A stretch of 64,000 nt of DNA. Origin: Octopus vulgaris. Lineage: Eukaryota. Each line of letters starts with the position of its first letter. Positions within the stretch are counted from its first letter, which is position 1. The position numbers and the translations under genes are program-made. Positions 13,214 to 25,674 of the stretch are shown in pieces. The DNA is taken from NCBI GenBank assembly GCA_951406725.2, contig OX597825.1, positions 25,048,001-25,112,000 on the forward strand, in the 5' to 3' direction. The notes under the pieces are model-generated. The model did no database searches, was not told the DNA's origin, and saw only the letters and a list, made by a program, of their open reading frames with translations.

Positions 13214-14203
13214 TCTTTCTACTGGAGGCACAAGGCCTCAAATTTGGGGGAAAGGGGACTAGTCGATTACATCAACCCCAGTGTTTCACTGGTACTTACT
13301 TTTTAACCATGAAAGGATGAAAGGCAAAGCCGACCTCAGTGAAATTTGAACTTAGAACGTAGTGACAAGCAAAATACAGCTAAGCATTTTGTCCAGTGCG
13401 TGAACGATTCTGCCAGCTCACCTTAAAACATTCGAGCGAGGTCATTGCCAGTGCCGCTGGACTGGCTCCTGTGCAGGTGGCATATAAAAAGCACCATTTG
13501 AGCATGGCTGTTGACAGTACCGCCTGACTGGCCCTCATGCCGGTGGCACATAAAAGCACCTGCTACACTCTCGGAGAGGTTGGCGTTAAGAAGGGCATCC
13601 AGCTGTAGAAGCTCTGCCAGATCAGATGGAGCCTGGTGCAGCCATAAGGTTCACCAGTCCTCAAATCGTCCAACTCATGCTAGCATGGAAAGCGGACGTT
13701 AAACGATGATGATAATGATGATATACACACACACATGTCCTCTTTCTTGTAAACTCTCCCTCTCTCTAGCTGGGTAACTATGTACCTCCTCTATAGCAAG
13801 ACACCTGTTTCTGCCTCTCTGTCACACTCTAATCTTTCATCATCTGACACAAGCTCACCTCCTCCAATGCCCCTTCCCCTCTCAAAGATTCCTTGTCTTG
13901 CAAAGTTACTTAGTAACCCTGCCAGTGCTGGTGCCATGTAAAAAGCATCCAGTCCACACTGCAAAGTGGTTGGCATTTGGAAGGGCATCCAGCTGTAAAA
14001 ACCATGCCAATACTGACTTCGCCTGTACTAGTGCCATGTAAAGAACATTCAGTCCCACATTCTGTGGGATGGTTGGCATTAGAAAAGGCATCCATCCATA
14101 AAAACCATGCCAAAACAGAAATAGAAGCCTGGTGCAGTCTTCTGCTTGGCCAGTTCCTGTCAAACCATCCGATCCATGACAGCATGGAAGGCAGACATTA
14201 AAC

Positions 14204-14251
<48 letters not shown>

Positions 14252-14917
14252 AGAGAGAGAGAGAGAGAAAATAGGCTTTCTACAGTAGTTTCAAGCTACT
14301 AAATTCACTCATAAGTCATTGATTCACTTAGGACTATAGAAGACACCCAAGGTGTTGCACAGTGGGATTGAACCCAGGACCTTGTAGTCACTAAACACAG
14401 TCGTTAACCAGCCAGCACTGGCCTGCATGTATACACCACACACACACAGACACATCCATGTTTGTGTGTGTGTGTGTGTGTGTGTGTTAAGAGAGTTGTT
14501 GATTGGTTGAAGTATTGTGGAATACTTAGAAGACAGCATTAACCATTGTTAATAAGATTAACGACTTCATTGAAATGTTACCTGCAGAAATAATTATTTC
14601 TAACGAAACTTTCAATACATTAGCGATTGTTATTAATGACGTTTAATGTCGCAATTAGAAAGACTTCTATAACGCAGTTTTATATGCATACATAATAAAT
14701 GAAAATGCATGAGAAGCTGAGGCCAGTTGATTCCTGATTGAATTTGGTAGATGGAAGCTAGCCCATTGTCTATATATACATATATATATATATAGGTTAG
14801 CAGTTGGAATAACCAAATAAAGGATAAGAATATCCATTTTACTACCAGTATAAATTACCTATATCAACCCTGGGCATACATATGCAAGCATATTATGCTC
14901 ATAGGATACAGGCAATA

Positions 14918-15154
14918 TCCTTTAAGGTGGTGAGCTGCCAGAAACGTTAGCATGCCGGGGCGAAATGCTTAGCGGTATTTCGTCTGCCACTATGTTCTGA
15001 GTTCAAATTCCACCGAGGTTGACTTTGCCTTTCATCCTTTCGGGGTCGATTAAATAAGTACCAGTTATGCACCGGGGTCGATATAATCGGCTTAATCCGT
15101 TTGTCTGTCCTGGTTTGTCCCCTCTGTGCATAGCCCCTTGTGGGCAGTAAAGAA
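14918..15154 (+). mobile_element. SINE family 2 (Meta-domain-like) with 17-bp TSD (others ~272-457, 1735-1948, 2421-2627, 5900-6112, 7944-8175, 13213-13423, 17292-17503, 47497-47713)
   Basis: TGGCAGAAACGTTAG-like A box, GAGTTCAAATTC B box and a GACTTTGCCTTTCATCCTTTCGGGGTCGAT core resembling the Meta domain (recalled). TSD ATAGGATACAGGCAATA at 14901-14917 and 15155-15171. Confidence 0.85.
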
Positions 15155-15198
15155 ATAGGATACAGGCAATAACAAAGATAAACAAGAGTTTATCAGAA

Positions 15199-15541
15199 AT
15201 AAAATTTTAATTAAGCAGAAAATGGAGAAATCTTGATCAACAACAATGGACTACCATCAATTATTATTTTTTCGTATTAAAAAATAATAATTGTTGTTGA
15301 TCAAGATTTCTCCATTTTCTGCTAAATTAAAATTTTATATATATATATATATATACATAAATTGAGAAAATCTTGAATGCAATACAATAGCAGTGAAAAC
15401 AGCTTTAGAAAATAGGGTAAAAACACCCGTATAAAAAGAAAGAAAATATTTTTTTCCCATCTATGAGAGTATTTTAACCAAATTTCCTAATGTTGCTTTC
15501 ACATCTTATACTCTCACATTCAAGATTTTCTTAATTTCTAA
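15199..15541. repeat. Two adjacent fold-back segments separated by (TA)n
   Basis: ~15199-15248 inverted to ~15290-15338, and ~15357-15386 inverted to ~15517-15541. Confidence 0.6.
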
Positions 15542-15826
15542 ATATATTTCATTCACTCAATGCTTCAATGTTTGTTCATCTGTATATGTGTCTGTGTGTA
15601 TATATATATATATGACTCACACAGAGTGTGCTCAGAAAGTATACAAATTTTTTCTACCTGCCAAATCTAATACTGCATGGATAAAATGTTTTGCCCATGT
15701 AGCATGTTTTGCCTTCCTGCACATGCAGGAAAATTTTTGCCCTGGTTGGCCACATTAATTTGTTGGGTGTTTTGTCTAGGGCAGAAAAGTGTAGTGCATG
15801 CCTATCAGATTTTCATTTACACACAA

Positions 15827-16477
15827 AATGAGCAAATGCATTGAAAAACAATATTGCATCAAGTTTTGCCAAAAGCTAAAACCAACCAGAAGATACAGCA
15901 GGCCTTTGGCAGTGATGCCATGGCCAAAACTCAGATCAAGGAATGGTACAACAGCTTCAAACATGGCCACACCTCAGTGGAGAGCAAGACATGCTCAAGC
16001 AGGCCATCAATAAACTGAAACGAGGAGCCAATTGAGATGGTTTGCCGAATAGTCGTGGAAGACCATCATGTAACAATCCAGGAAATTACTCACAAAGTGG
16101 GAATAAGCATAAGATCAGTGTATTCCATTTTAATGGAGAATTTATGGACGTGGCGTGTCAGTGAAAAAATAAATTTGGATATTTTTGGGACACACCTCAT
16201 AATCCAAGCTTTCCTGGTTAAGAACAACATGCCACTTCCACTTATTCAACTGGCTCCCTATTCTCCCAACTTGGTACCATGTGATTATGGCTTTTACCCC
16301 CAACAGAAAACCACTCTGAACGGGAAGTGGTTTGAGTTGCGAGAGGAAATTATGAGAAAAGTGATGGCGGAGCTCCATATCATTCCAGAGGAGGTGTTCC
16401 AGAGGTTTTTACTAGCAATAGCTGAACCACTGGAGACGTCTGTGAATTTCCTAGGAGAGTATTTTGACAGCAATTAA
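15827..16477 (+). mobile_element. Mariner transposase relic with frameshifts and internal deletion
   Basis: N-terminal QYCIKFCQKL...EWY..FK.G..SVE, HTH VTIQEITHKVGIS, C-terminal PYSPNLVPCDY (YSPDLAPxD motif). Most of the catalytic domain is missing. Confidence 0.85.
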
Positions 16478-17240
16478 ACAAAATTTGTGAAATGTACAAA
16501 ACTGCTTTTTTTTTTATACCCAAAGGCTGAATAATTCTTCTAAATGCACTTCACACACACACACACACACACACAGGCACTGTGCTAGAGAAAACCTACC
16601 AAACCGAAGCAAATAAGGAAGAACAGACATAAAATAATGACAATGCAGATGAAATACATGTAGATGCATGTGTGTGTGTGTGTGTGTGTATGTGTGTGAG
16701 GGCGTGAGTGTGTAAATCAGTCAAAGTACTTACTGACCAAAGAGACATGAACAGAAGATGTAGAAGACATCATAATGGACATTTTAAGTCTTCATTAACA
16801 GCATGTCACATCGGATTCATTAACTTAATGCAAGTCGCAACATGACTTTATTGTTTCTTTACAAAACTATACAAGACGAAATAGCTAAGTGCAAAAGCAT
16901 TAGCGAAATATATTACTTGGCTCTGCCACAAATAAAGCCATGCAGCGCTGCAGCTGTTGCTGCCGTTGCTGGTTAGCCGAAGTCAGCTCTGTTTAGGCAA
17001 ACCAATAACAAAAAGATGGCTGATTATATTTAACTGTTTTTTTTTTTACTTGTTTTAATCGTTGGACTTATGGTCATGCTGGAGCACCTCATTGAAGAAT
17101 TTTCGTCGAACGACTGGATCCTGGTGCTTATTAAGTCTGTTGATCATTTCAGCTGAACTAAGTTAAGGGGATGTAAACAGACCAACATTGGTTGTCAAGT
17201 GATGACGGTGAGAGAAAACATACATACACACGCATATATA

Positions 17241-17289
<49 letters not shown>

Positions 17290-18471
17290 CATCTTTTCTA
17301 CTCTAGGCACAAGGCCCAAAATTTTGGGGGAGGGGGCCAGTTGATTAGATCGACTCCAGTACACAACTGGTACTTAATTTATTGACCTCGAAAGGATGTA
17401 AAGCAAAGTCAACCCCAGTGAAATTTGAACTCAGAACGTAAAGACAGACAAAACACAACTAAGCATTTCGCTTGGCGTGCTAACATTTCTGCCAGCTTGC
17501 CTTACATATATATATATATATAATAAATATTCTTTTATTTGTTTCAGTTATTTGACTGCGGCCTTTAGTCAAACAAATTGCTCCCAGGACGTATTCTTTG
17601 TAAGGCTAGTACTTATTCTATCGGTTTCTTTTGCCAAACCGCTAAGTTACGGGGGACGTAAATAAACACACCAGCATCGGTTGTCAAGCAATGGTGAGGG
17701 GACAAATACAAACACAAAAACATACACACCCACACACACATATATATATATATATGAAATGGGCTTCCTTCAGTTTCTGTCTACCAGATCCACTCACAAG
17801 GCTTTGGTTGGCCTGAGACTATAGTAGAAGACACTTGCCCAAGGTGCCATGCAGTGGAGCTGAACCCAGAACCATGTGGTTGGTAAGCAAGCTACTTACC
17901 ATACAGCCACTCCTGTGCCTCTCTATATATAATGTATATATATATTCTCTTATTTGTTTCAACCATTTGACTGTGGCCATGCTGGAGCATTGCCTTTTAG
18001 TTGAACAAATCGACCCCTGAACTAATTTTTTGTAACCCTGGCACTTGTTCTGTTGTTCTCTTATGCCGAACCGCTAAGTTACAGGGACATAGGCACACCA
18101 ACATCGGTTGTCAAGCGAAGGTGGTAGGACAAACAGAGACACAAAAGCACACACACACACACATCATCATCATCATTTAACATCTGTTGTCCATGCTGGC
18201 ATAGGCTGGACAGTTTGACTGGGCTGGCACGCTGGAAGGCTGCACCAGACTCCACTCTGACTTGGCATGATTTTCTATGGCTGGATGCCCCACCTCACGC
18301 CAACCACTCCAAGAGTGAAATGGGTGCTTTGGCTTCTGTCAGTTTCTGTTAACCAAATCTACTCACAAGGATTTGGTTGGCCCGAGGCTAAAGTAGACGC
18401 CACTTGCTCAAGGTGCCACACAGTGGAACTGAACCCAGAACCAAGCTTCTTACAACACAACCACTCCTGCA

Positions 18472-18550
<79 letters not shown>

Positions 18551-18950
18551 AGCTTCCGTTCTGTTTCCGTTTACCAAAATTCTCTTGCAAGGCATAGGTT
18601 GGTTTGGAACTATAATAGAAGACATTTTCCCAAAGTGCAAGTGGTTCCAAAGTGAGCTTCTTATCCCCACAGCCAAACTATTGTCTTAATGCATACACCA
18701 TTAACATCTCTAAGATGATATTCGGCAGCCATGAACAGTGACATCCTCCGACACTTTCAATCGTTTCTCTCCTCAGTAACCACCAGGTACATTAACAGCA
18801 TCAAACACACTTCCAATTTCAGAAGACCTATAAGGGTCAAAGGTACTGGCCCCTTCTTACAGACTGAGCAAGTAAAAAAAAAACAACAACAAAAAAGGGT
18901 GGGGGTGGGACATCAGCATTACTATAGCAACAAAGTAAAACTATTCCTAC

Positions 18951-19056
18951 CTTCATTATTTCTGTGATCAGAACCATTGATGAAGAACTAAAAGGAATTT
19001 TGCCATCTTTTTCACAGAGATGCACCAATACTGTATAAGATCCATATATGAACACC
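18951..19056 (-). CDS. SLC35A4: SLC35A4-like exon (VFIYGSYTVLVHLCEKDGKIPFSSSSMVLITEIMK)
   Basis: ttttccag|G GTG...ATG AAG|gtagga; 106 nt. Matches the SLC35A4 motif YGxxxxLxxLCxxDGxxPFxxSSxVLxTExxK. Confidence 0.93.
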
Positions 19057-20294
19057 CTGGAAAAAAGAAAAAAACATCAACTGAAATTCAAAAACAGAAT
19101 CAACGATAGAATAAGTACTAGGCTTACAAAGAATAAGTCCTGCGGTCAATTTGCTCGACTAAAGGCGGTGCTCCAGGATGGCCGCAGTCAAATGACAGAA
19201 ACAAGTAAAAGTAAAAGATATGTCTCTATATCCGTCTTTAAGGGGTTGACCCAGGAAGATGTCGGAAGAAGTGGTGAGAAAGGATCTCCAGACGCTGGGG
19301 CTCACTGAGGAAAATGACAAGGGACTGAGAGATGTGGTGATTTGCTATACTTGAGAAGACGCACCAAGCCAAGTAAAACCACTGTCTTCCACACAAGCAG
19401 GCTTGGCCTTTCAGGTGTTGATGCCACTTAAAAAGCCACCTGTGCCAGGTATGCGTTAATACGCCCCATGCCAGCAGCACATAAAAAGAATCACCCAGCA
19501 CACTCTGTTAAGCGGTCGGCATTAGGAAGGGCAGCATCTAGCTGTAGAAACTGTGCCTCAACAGATGGCCAGAGTTGGGACAGCAGATGTATGATGATGA
19601 TGATGATGAGGAGGAGGAGGAGGAGGGGGAAGGAGGATAGGGAGGATGTGGAGGAGGAGGAGGACACTAAACACTTGCAAAGCTATCCTTTATTTATGTC
19701 CATTAACTTAGTAATTTCACAAACGGAGATCAAAAGGACCAACCTAAAAAGAGAAAGAACATCTATGAACATTTTGCTGAAAACATGGACATGAAGGGGT
19801 TTAACACTAAAATGTGTAAAATAAACAAAGAAATAAATTACTACCTAATTTTACTGTCAGGTAAAGCAAAATAATTGATGTCTTTTTCCTCTGTATTCTG
19901 TGTTCGTATTCTTCATGGTTGACAAAATCATCATCATTATCATTTAACGTCTGCTTTCCATGCTAGCATGGGTTGGACGATTTGACTGAGGTCTGGTGAA
20001 CCAGACTCCAATCTGATCTGGCAGAGTTTCTACAGCTGGATGCCCTTCCTAACGCCAACCACTCCGAGGGTGTAGTGGGTGTTTTTACGTGCCACTGGCA
20101 TGCAGGGGGTTAACAGTAAAATAACCAAAGAAATAAATTACTACTTAATTTTACTGTCAGGTAAAGCAAAATAATTGATGTCTTTTTCCTTTGCATTCTG
20201 TGTTCATATTCTTTATGGTTGACAAAATGTTTATTAGATTAGAACGTTATCCCTTGAGAACCCAAGAGAAATTCTAAAGAAAAGATTTACTTAC

Positions 20295-20386
20295 CCAAAA
20301 AGAAGCATAATCCGCCAAAGGCATCCATTAACAAGTTCTTTGCCATTCTTCTCATCTCCTGATAGTGGAATATTAACAGTCGTATC
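20295..20386 (-). CDS. SLC35A4: SLC35A4-like exon (DTTVNIPLSGDEKNGKELVNGCLWRIMLLFG)
   Basis: ttgcag|GAT...TTTGG|gtaagt; 92 nt, ends in phase 2. WRIMLLF resembles WTLMLLL at the start of TM1 in vertebrate SLC35A4 (recalled). Confidence 0.85.
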
Positions 20387-20897
20387 CTGCAAGATATTCC
20401 AAGAGATATTCATTTCAGAATGTTAAACCAAACATTGAATCAAATGATACATATATATGCAATTGATTTCTTTCAGTTTCTGTCTACAAAATCCACTCAC
20501 AAGGCTTTGGTTGGTCTGAGGCTATAGCAGAAGACACATGCCAAGTCACCACACGGTGGTACTGAACCAAGGACCATGTGTTTTGGAACAAAGTTTCTTA
20601 CCAGACAGCCACACCTGCACCTATGTATGTGTGTGTTTGTGAGTGTGTGTGTGTGTGTGAGTGTATGGGTGTATATATGTATGCATGTATATATGTGTAC
20701 ATATTACATGTATATCTATACATATATACCTACACATGTACATGTATACATATACATCTATACATATACTTGTATATATATATTTTGTGCAGATGTATAC
20801 ACACACACACACATATATATATATATATGCACATATACAAGATATATATAAATATTATATACATGCATGTATGTATATATGTATGTATGCCTGTATA

Positions 20898-22340
20898 TAT
20901 GTGAGATAAGTTTCACTTTAATAGTTTTAGTATTAAAGTGAAAATATCTGACATTACAAAAGAGAGATGTTATTGTTTGGCTTTTGACACATAATACTGA
21001 AATAGTAGAGGAGATATGATATTGCTCTGAGCTCGCACTAGGCAAGAAGTTAAAAATATTTTTGGCCTATGACACTACATGGACCCTAAGTAAGGCATGT
21101 GTAAAATTTGAATGAAATTGGTTGTGTAGTTCTCAAGTTTTAGGGATTCACACAGACAGACAGACACACACACATTCTCATCTTTATATATATTTATGAA
21201 TTTTCATAATTTATGAATTTTCACGGGGGCCTTGCCCCCTTTAAGCCATCTCAAACTGAAACCGAACATACTGCATTATACCCGCTCTTATGCATTGAAT
21301 CCAAGGTTCAAATATCATAAGAATCCAGTGAGTAATTTTGGTCCATGAAATTGTATGAAACACACAGCATTACCCTTCTCCCTAGGCTGGGATTTTGTGT
21401 TCCAAATTTCATTAGGATCGGTGCAGTAGTTTTCAAATGTATAAGTAACACACGAACACACATAAAGACATTGACTTTTATATAATAGATATGAATATGC
21501 ACATATACATACATGTATGTATGTGTTTGTATGGGTGTATATACGTATGCATGTATATCTATACATATACATCTATATCTATATACATCTATACATATAC
21601 ATATATACATGTATATATATGTATATATATATACATTAATATATATACATTTGTGCAGATGTATACATATATATATACATATAATTATATAATATATACA
21701 TTATAATTGTATGTATATATGTATGTCTATATATGTGAGATAAGTTTCACTTTAATAGTTTCAATATTAAAGTGAAACTCTGATATTACAAAGTGAAAAT
21801 ATCTGACATTACAATAGAGAGATGTTATTGTTTGGCTTTTGACATATAATACTGAAATAGTGGAGGAGATATGATATTGCTCTGAGCTCGCACTAGGCAA
21901 GAAGTTAAAAATATTTTTGGCCTATGACACTACATGAGTAAAATTTGAATGAAATTGGTTGTGTAGTTCTCAAGTTTTAGGGATTCACACAAACAGACAG
22001 ACATTCTCATCTTTATATATATAGATTGAAAATTTATGAATTTTCATGGGGGTCCTGCCCCCTTTAAGCCATCTCAGATTGAAACCGAACATACTGCATT
22101 ATACCCATCCTTATGCATTGCATCTAAGCTCCAAATATCATTAAAAATTCAGTAAATTTTGGTCCATGAAATTGTATGAAACACACAGCATTACCCTTCT
22201 CCCTAGGCTGGGATTTTATGCTCTAAATTTCATCAGGATTGGTGCAGTAGTTTTCGAATGTATAAGTAACACATGAACACACATAAAGACATTGACTTTT
22301 ATATAATAGATATGAATATGCATATATACATACGTGTATG
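20898..22340. repeat. Diverged ~0.83-kb tandem duplication of a Helitron-like composite; third partial copy 25920-26078
   Basis: ~20898-21510 aligns by eye with ~21731-22335, with indels. Confidence 0.75.
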
Positions 22341-22766
22341 TGTGCGTGTGTATTATACACACTCACACACAGACACACACACACACACACAAAGAGATTG
22401 ATAGATACAACTGAGTTGGCAAACAAAAGTATGAGAAACTGTCTAGTGCTTTTTTTTATTTTGATAAGCCTGGTATTCTATCAGTTTCTTCTTGTCGAAC
22501 CAGTAAGCTATGGGGGTGTAAATAAACGAACAGCAGTTGTGAAGCAGTGATGAGGGAGAAACACAGAGACAAAGACACACACATAGACTTACATATATAC
22601 ATAAATAAATATAGAATTGATTTCTTTCAGTTTCTGTCTACAAAATCCACTCACAAGGCTTTGGTTGGTCTGAGGCTATAGTAGAAGGCACATGCACAGT
22701 GGTACTGAACTGAGGACCATGTGTTTTGGAACGAAGTTTCTTACCACACAGCCACACCTGCACCAA

Positions 22767-22830
<64 letters not shown>

Positions 22831-22838
22831 GGTGTATA

Positions 22839-23767
22839 TCATCATCATCATCATCATCATTTAGCGTCCGTTTTCCATGCTAGCATGGGTTGGACGGTTC
22901 TGCTGGGGTCTGTGAAGCCAGAAGGCTTCATCAGGCCCAGTCAAATCTGGCAGTGTTTCTACGGCTGGATGCCCTTCCTAACGCCAACCACTCCGTGAGT
23001 GTAGTGGGTGCTTTTTACGTGCCACCCGCACTGGTGCCAGACAGAGCTGGCAAACGGCCACGAACGGATGGTGCTTTTTATGTGCCACCGGCACGAGGGC
23101 CAGGCGAGGCTGGCAACGGACACGAAACGGGGCGGTGCTGGCAACGGTCGCGAAACGGAAAGTTCTCTTACATGCCACCGGCACTGGTAACACATCTGCA
23201 ATTTCCATTGATCGATTTCCATTGATCGATTTCGATTCTGATCCTCACTTGCCTCAATGGGTTTTCACAAGCAGAGTTTCGACATGCCACCGGCACTGGT
23301 AGCACATCCGCAATTTCCATTGATCGATTACGATTCTGATCCTCACTTGCCTCAACACGTCTTCACAAGTAGAGTTTTGTGTCCCAAGAAGGGAAGGTAT
23401 GCATACGTAGGCTGGCTCCATCCCATGTAGAAGGCCACGGGTTGTGGACTCACTTGTCCTGCCGGGTCTTCTCGCGCACAGCACACTTCCAGAGGTCTCG
23501 GTCTCTAGTCATTTCCTCAGTGAGACCTAAAGTTCGAAGGTCGTGCTTCACCACCTCGTCCCAGGTTTTCCTGGGTCTGCCTCTTCCACAGGTTCCCTCA
23601 ACCGCTAGGGCGTGGCACTTTTTCACACAACTATCTTCATCCATTCTCGCCACATGACCATACCAGCGCAAACGTCTCTCTTGCACACCACAACTGATGC
23701 TTCTTAGGTCCAGCTTTTCTCTCAAGGTACTTACAGAGAAAAGCTGGACCTAAGAAAAGCTGGACCT
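22839..23767 (-). mobile_element. 5'-truncated RTE-clade LINE (ORF C-terminus, 3' UTR, (GAT)n tail)
   Basis: ORF 23450-23725 has RRLRWYGHVARM...GRGRPRKTW...DRDLW, the typical RTE C-terminus. The 3' UTR has ~60-bp sub-repeats and ends in (GAT)n. Short 5' inversion at 23737-23767. Confidence 0.9.
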
Positions 23768-23901
23768 ATATATGTATATCTATACATATACATATATACA
23801 TGTATATATGTAGGGAGAATTTACGAAAAAACAAAAGTCGAAGACAGGTGGTGTACAAAGCAAACAGATGTATTAGTATAACGCTCAGGAATAGAAAAAG
23901 T

Positions 23902-23937
23902 CTTTTACGTTTCGAGCCTATGCTCTTCTACAGAAAG
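23902..23937 (-). ncRNA. Minimal hammerhead-like motif with non-canonical core (CUGUAGAA)
   Basis: CUUU-CUGUAGA-A-GAGC AUAG GCUC-GAAA-C-GUA^AAAG. Same repeat family as ~30986-31150; element ~23811-24041. Confidence 0.5.
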
Positions 23938-24221
23938 GGACACAGAAAAAACAAGGAGAGAAACAAGGAGAGAAAAAAAAGTGTGTAGTGGCTAACAATC
24001 TATCATGGTGTGTGACCCTCGGACATAAGGGTCACACACCATATATATATATATATAATATAAGGGATATTAGCCAACCGAATATGGCTAGGGACAGGGC
24101 AGGGTGGTGGGGGTGTCACTGTTGCATTTAGCCCCAGGCGAACATCAACGTCACCAGATAGGCCTGACGCCATCACGGCGTCCTTTATCTTGCAAAGGGA
24201 GATCACCCACCAAGAAGCCGA

Positions 24222-24275
24222 TACCACACACGGACCTAGGTTTCAAGGTGTGTTGCCTATTATCAACGTGTGGTA
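24222..24275 (-). ncRNA. Type I hammerhead ribozyme motif, U3-A8 core variant (copy 1)
   Basis: UACCACACG-UUGAUAA-UAGGCAACACACCUU-GAAA-CCUAG-GUC^CGUGUGUGGUA. Stem I CACACG/CGUGUG, stem II AGG/CCU, palindromic stem III ACCUAGGU, GUC site. Confidence 0.75.
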
Positions 24276-24577
24276 GGCATCACTTCTCGATGAACGACCA
24301 ACTTTGCAAGATACATATAAGGATTTTCAAGTAAATACATTTACTGATTTCGAAAATCCGTTCGACAGCAATAATAATTCTCTAAATGAGATATAGACAG
24401 TGACTGCTCCGTAATATAAGGGATATTAGCCAACCGAATATAGCTAGGGACAGGGCAGGGTGGTGGGGGTGTCACTGTTGCATTTAGCCCCAGGCGAACA
24501 TCAACGTCACCAGATAGGCCTGACGCCATCACGGCGTCCTTTATCTTGCAAAGGGAGATCACCCACCAAGAAGCCGA

Positions 24578-24631
24578 TACCACACACGGACCTAGGTTTC
24601 AAGGTGTGTTGCCTATTATCAACGTGTGGTA
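24578..24631 (-). ncRNA. Type I hammerhead ribozyme motif, U3-A8 core variant (copy 2)
   Basis: Same sequence as 24222-24275, 356 nt away. Confidence 0.75.
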
Positions 24632-24986
24632 GGCATCGCTTCTCGATGAACGACCAACTTTGCAAGATACATATAAGGATTTTCAAGTAAATACATTTAC
24701 TGATTTCGAAAATCCGTTCGACAGCAATAATAATTCTCTAAATGAGATATAGACAGTGACTGCTCCGCCTGGGGCTAAATGCAACAGTGACACCCCCACC
24801 ACCCTGCCCTGTTCCTAGCCATATTCGGTTGGCTAATATCCCTTATATTACGGAGCAGTCACTGTCTATATCTCATTTAGAGAATTATTATTGCTGTCGA
24901 ACGGATTTTCGAAATCAGTAAATGTATTTACTTGAAAATCCTTATATGTATCTTGCAAAGTTGGTCGTTCATCGAGAAGCGATGCC

Positions 24987-25040
24987 TACCACACATTGAT
25001 AATAGGCAACACACCTTGAAACCTAGGTCCGTGTGTGGTA
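24987..25040 (+). ncRNA. Type I hammerhead ribozyme motif, U3-A8 core variant (inverted copy 3)
   Basis: Same motif with G>A at 24995, which breaks the stem I pair next to the core. Confidence 0.6.
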
Positions 25041-25627
25041 TCGGCTTCTTGGTGGGTGATCTCCCTTTGCAAGATAAAGAACGCCGTGATGGCGTCAGGC
25101 CTATCTGGTGATGTTGATGTTCACCTGGGGCTAAATGCAACAGTGACACCCCCACCACCCTGCCCTGTCCCTAGCCATATTCGGTTGGCTAATATCCCTT
25201 ATATTACGGAGCAGTCACTGTCTATATCTCATTTAGAGAATTATTATTGCTATATATATATACATCTATATATATACATTGGTGCAGATGTATACATATA
25301 TACATACACACACACACATACATATATTATCATCATCATCGTTTAACGTCCGTTCTCCATGCTAGCATGGGTTGAACGATTCGACCGGGGATCTGGGAAG
25401 CCAGAAGGCTGCACCAGGCTCCAGTCTTATCTGGCAATGTTTCTACAGCTGGATGCCCTTCCTAACGCCAACCACTCCGTGAGTGTAGTGGGTGCTTTTT
25501 ACGTGCCACCTGCACAGGTGCCAGGCGAGGCTGGCCGTTGCCAGCCTCGCCTGGCAACGGCCACGGTCGGATTGGTGTATTTTACGTGCCACCGGCACGG
25601 AAGCCAGTCGAGGCGGCCCTGGCATTG

Positions 25628-25674
<47 letters not shown>

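Larger units (their letters stand above)
24056..25251. mobile_element. Retrozyme/Penelope-pLTR-like array: two tandem 356-bp monomers plus 1.36 inverted, circularly permuted monomers
   Basis: 24056-24411 and 24412-24767 are near-identical direct repeats. 24768-25251 is their reverse complement with the same 356-bp period. (TA)n on both flanks. One hammerhead motif per monomer. Confidence 0.85.

Noticed and set aside
16734-16783. ATG-containing stretch before a gtaagt donor (possible alternative first exon)
   Set aside because: It would delete the first two TM helices, and there is no promoter or homology evidence.
24003-25346. Repeated 74-103 aa ORFs in the 356-bp array
   Set aside because: GTG starts, present on both strands, no domain: by-products of the repeat.
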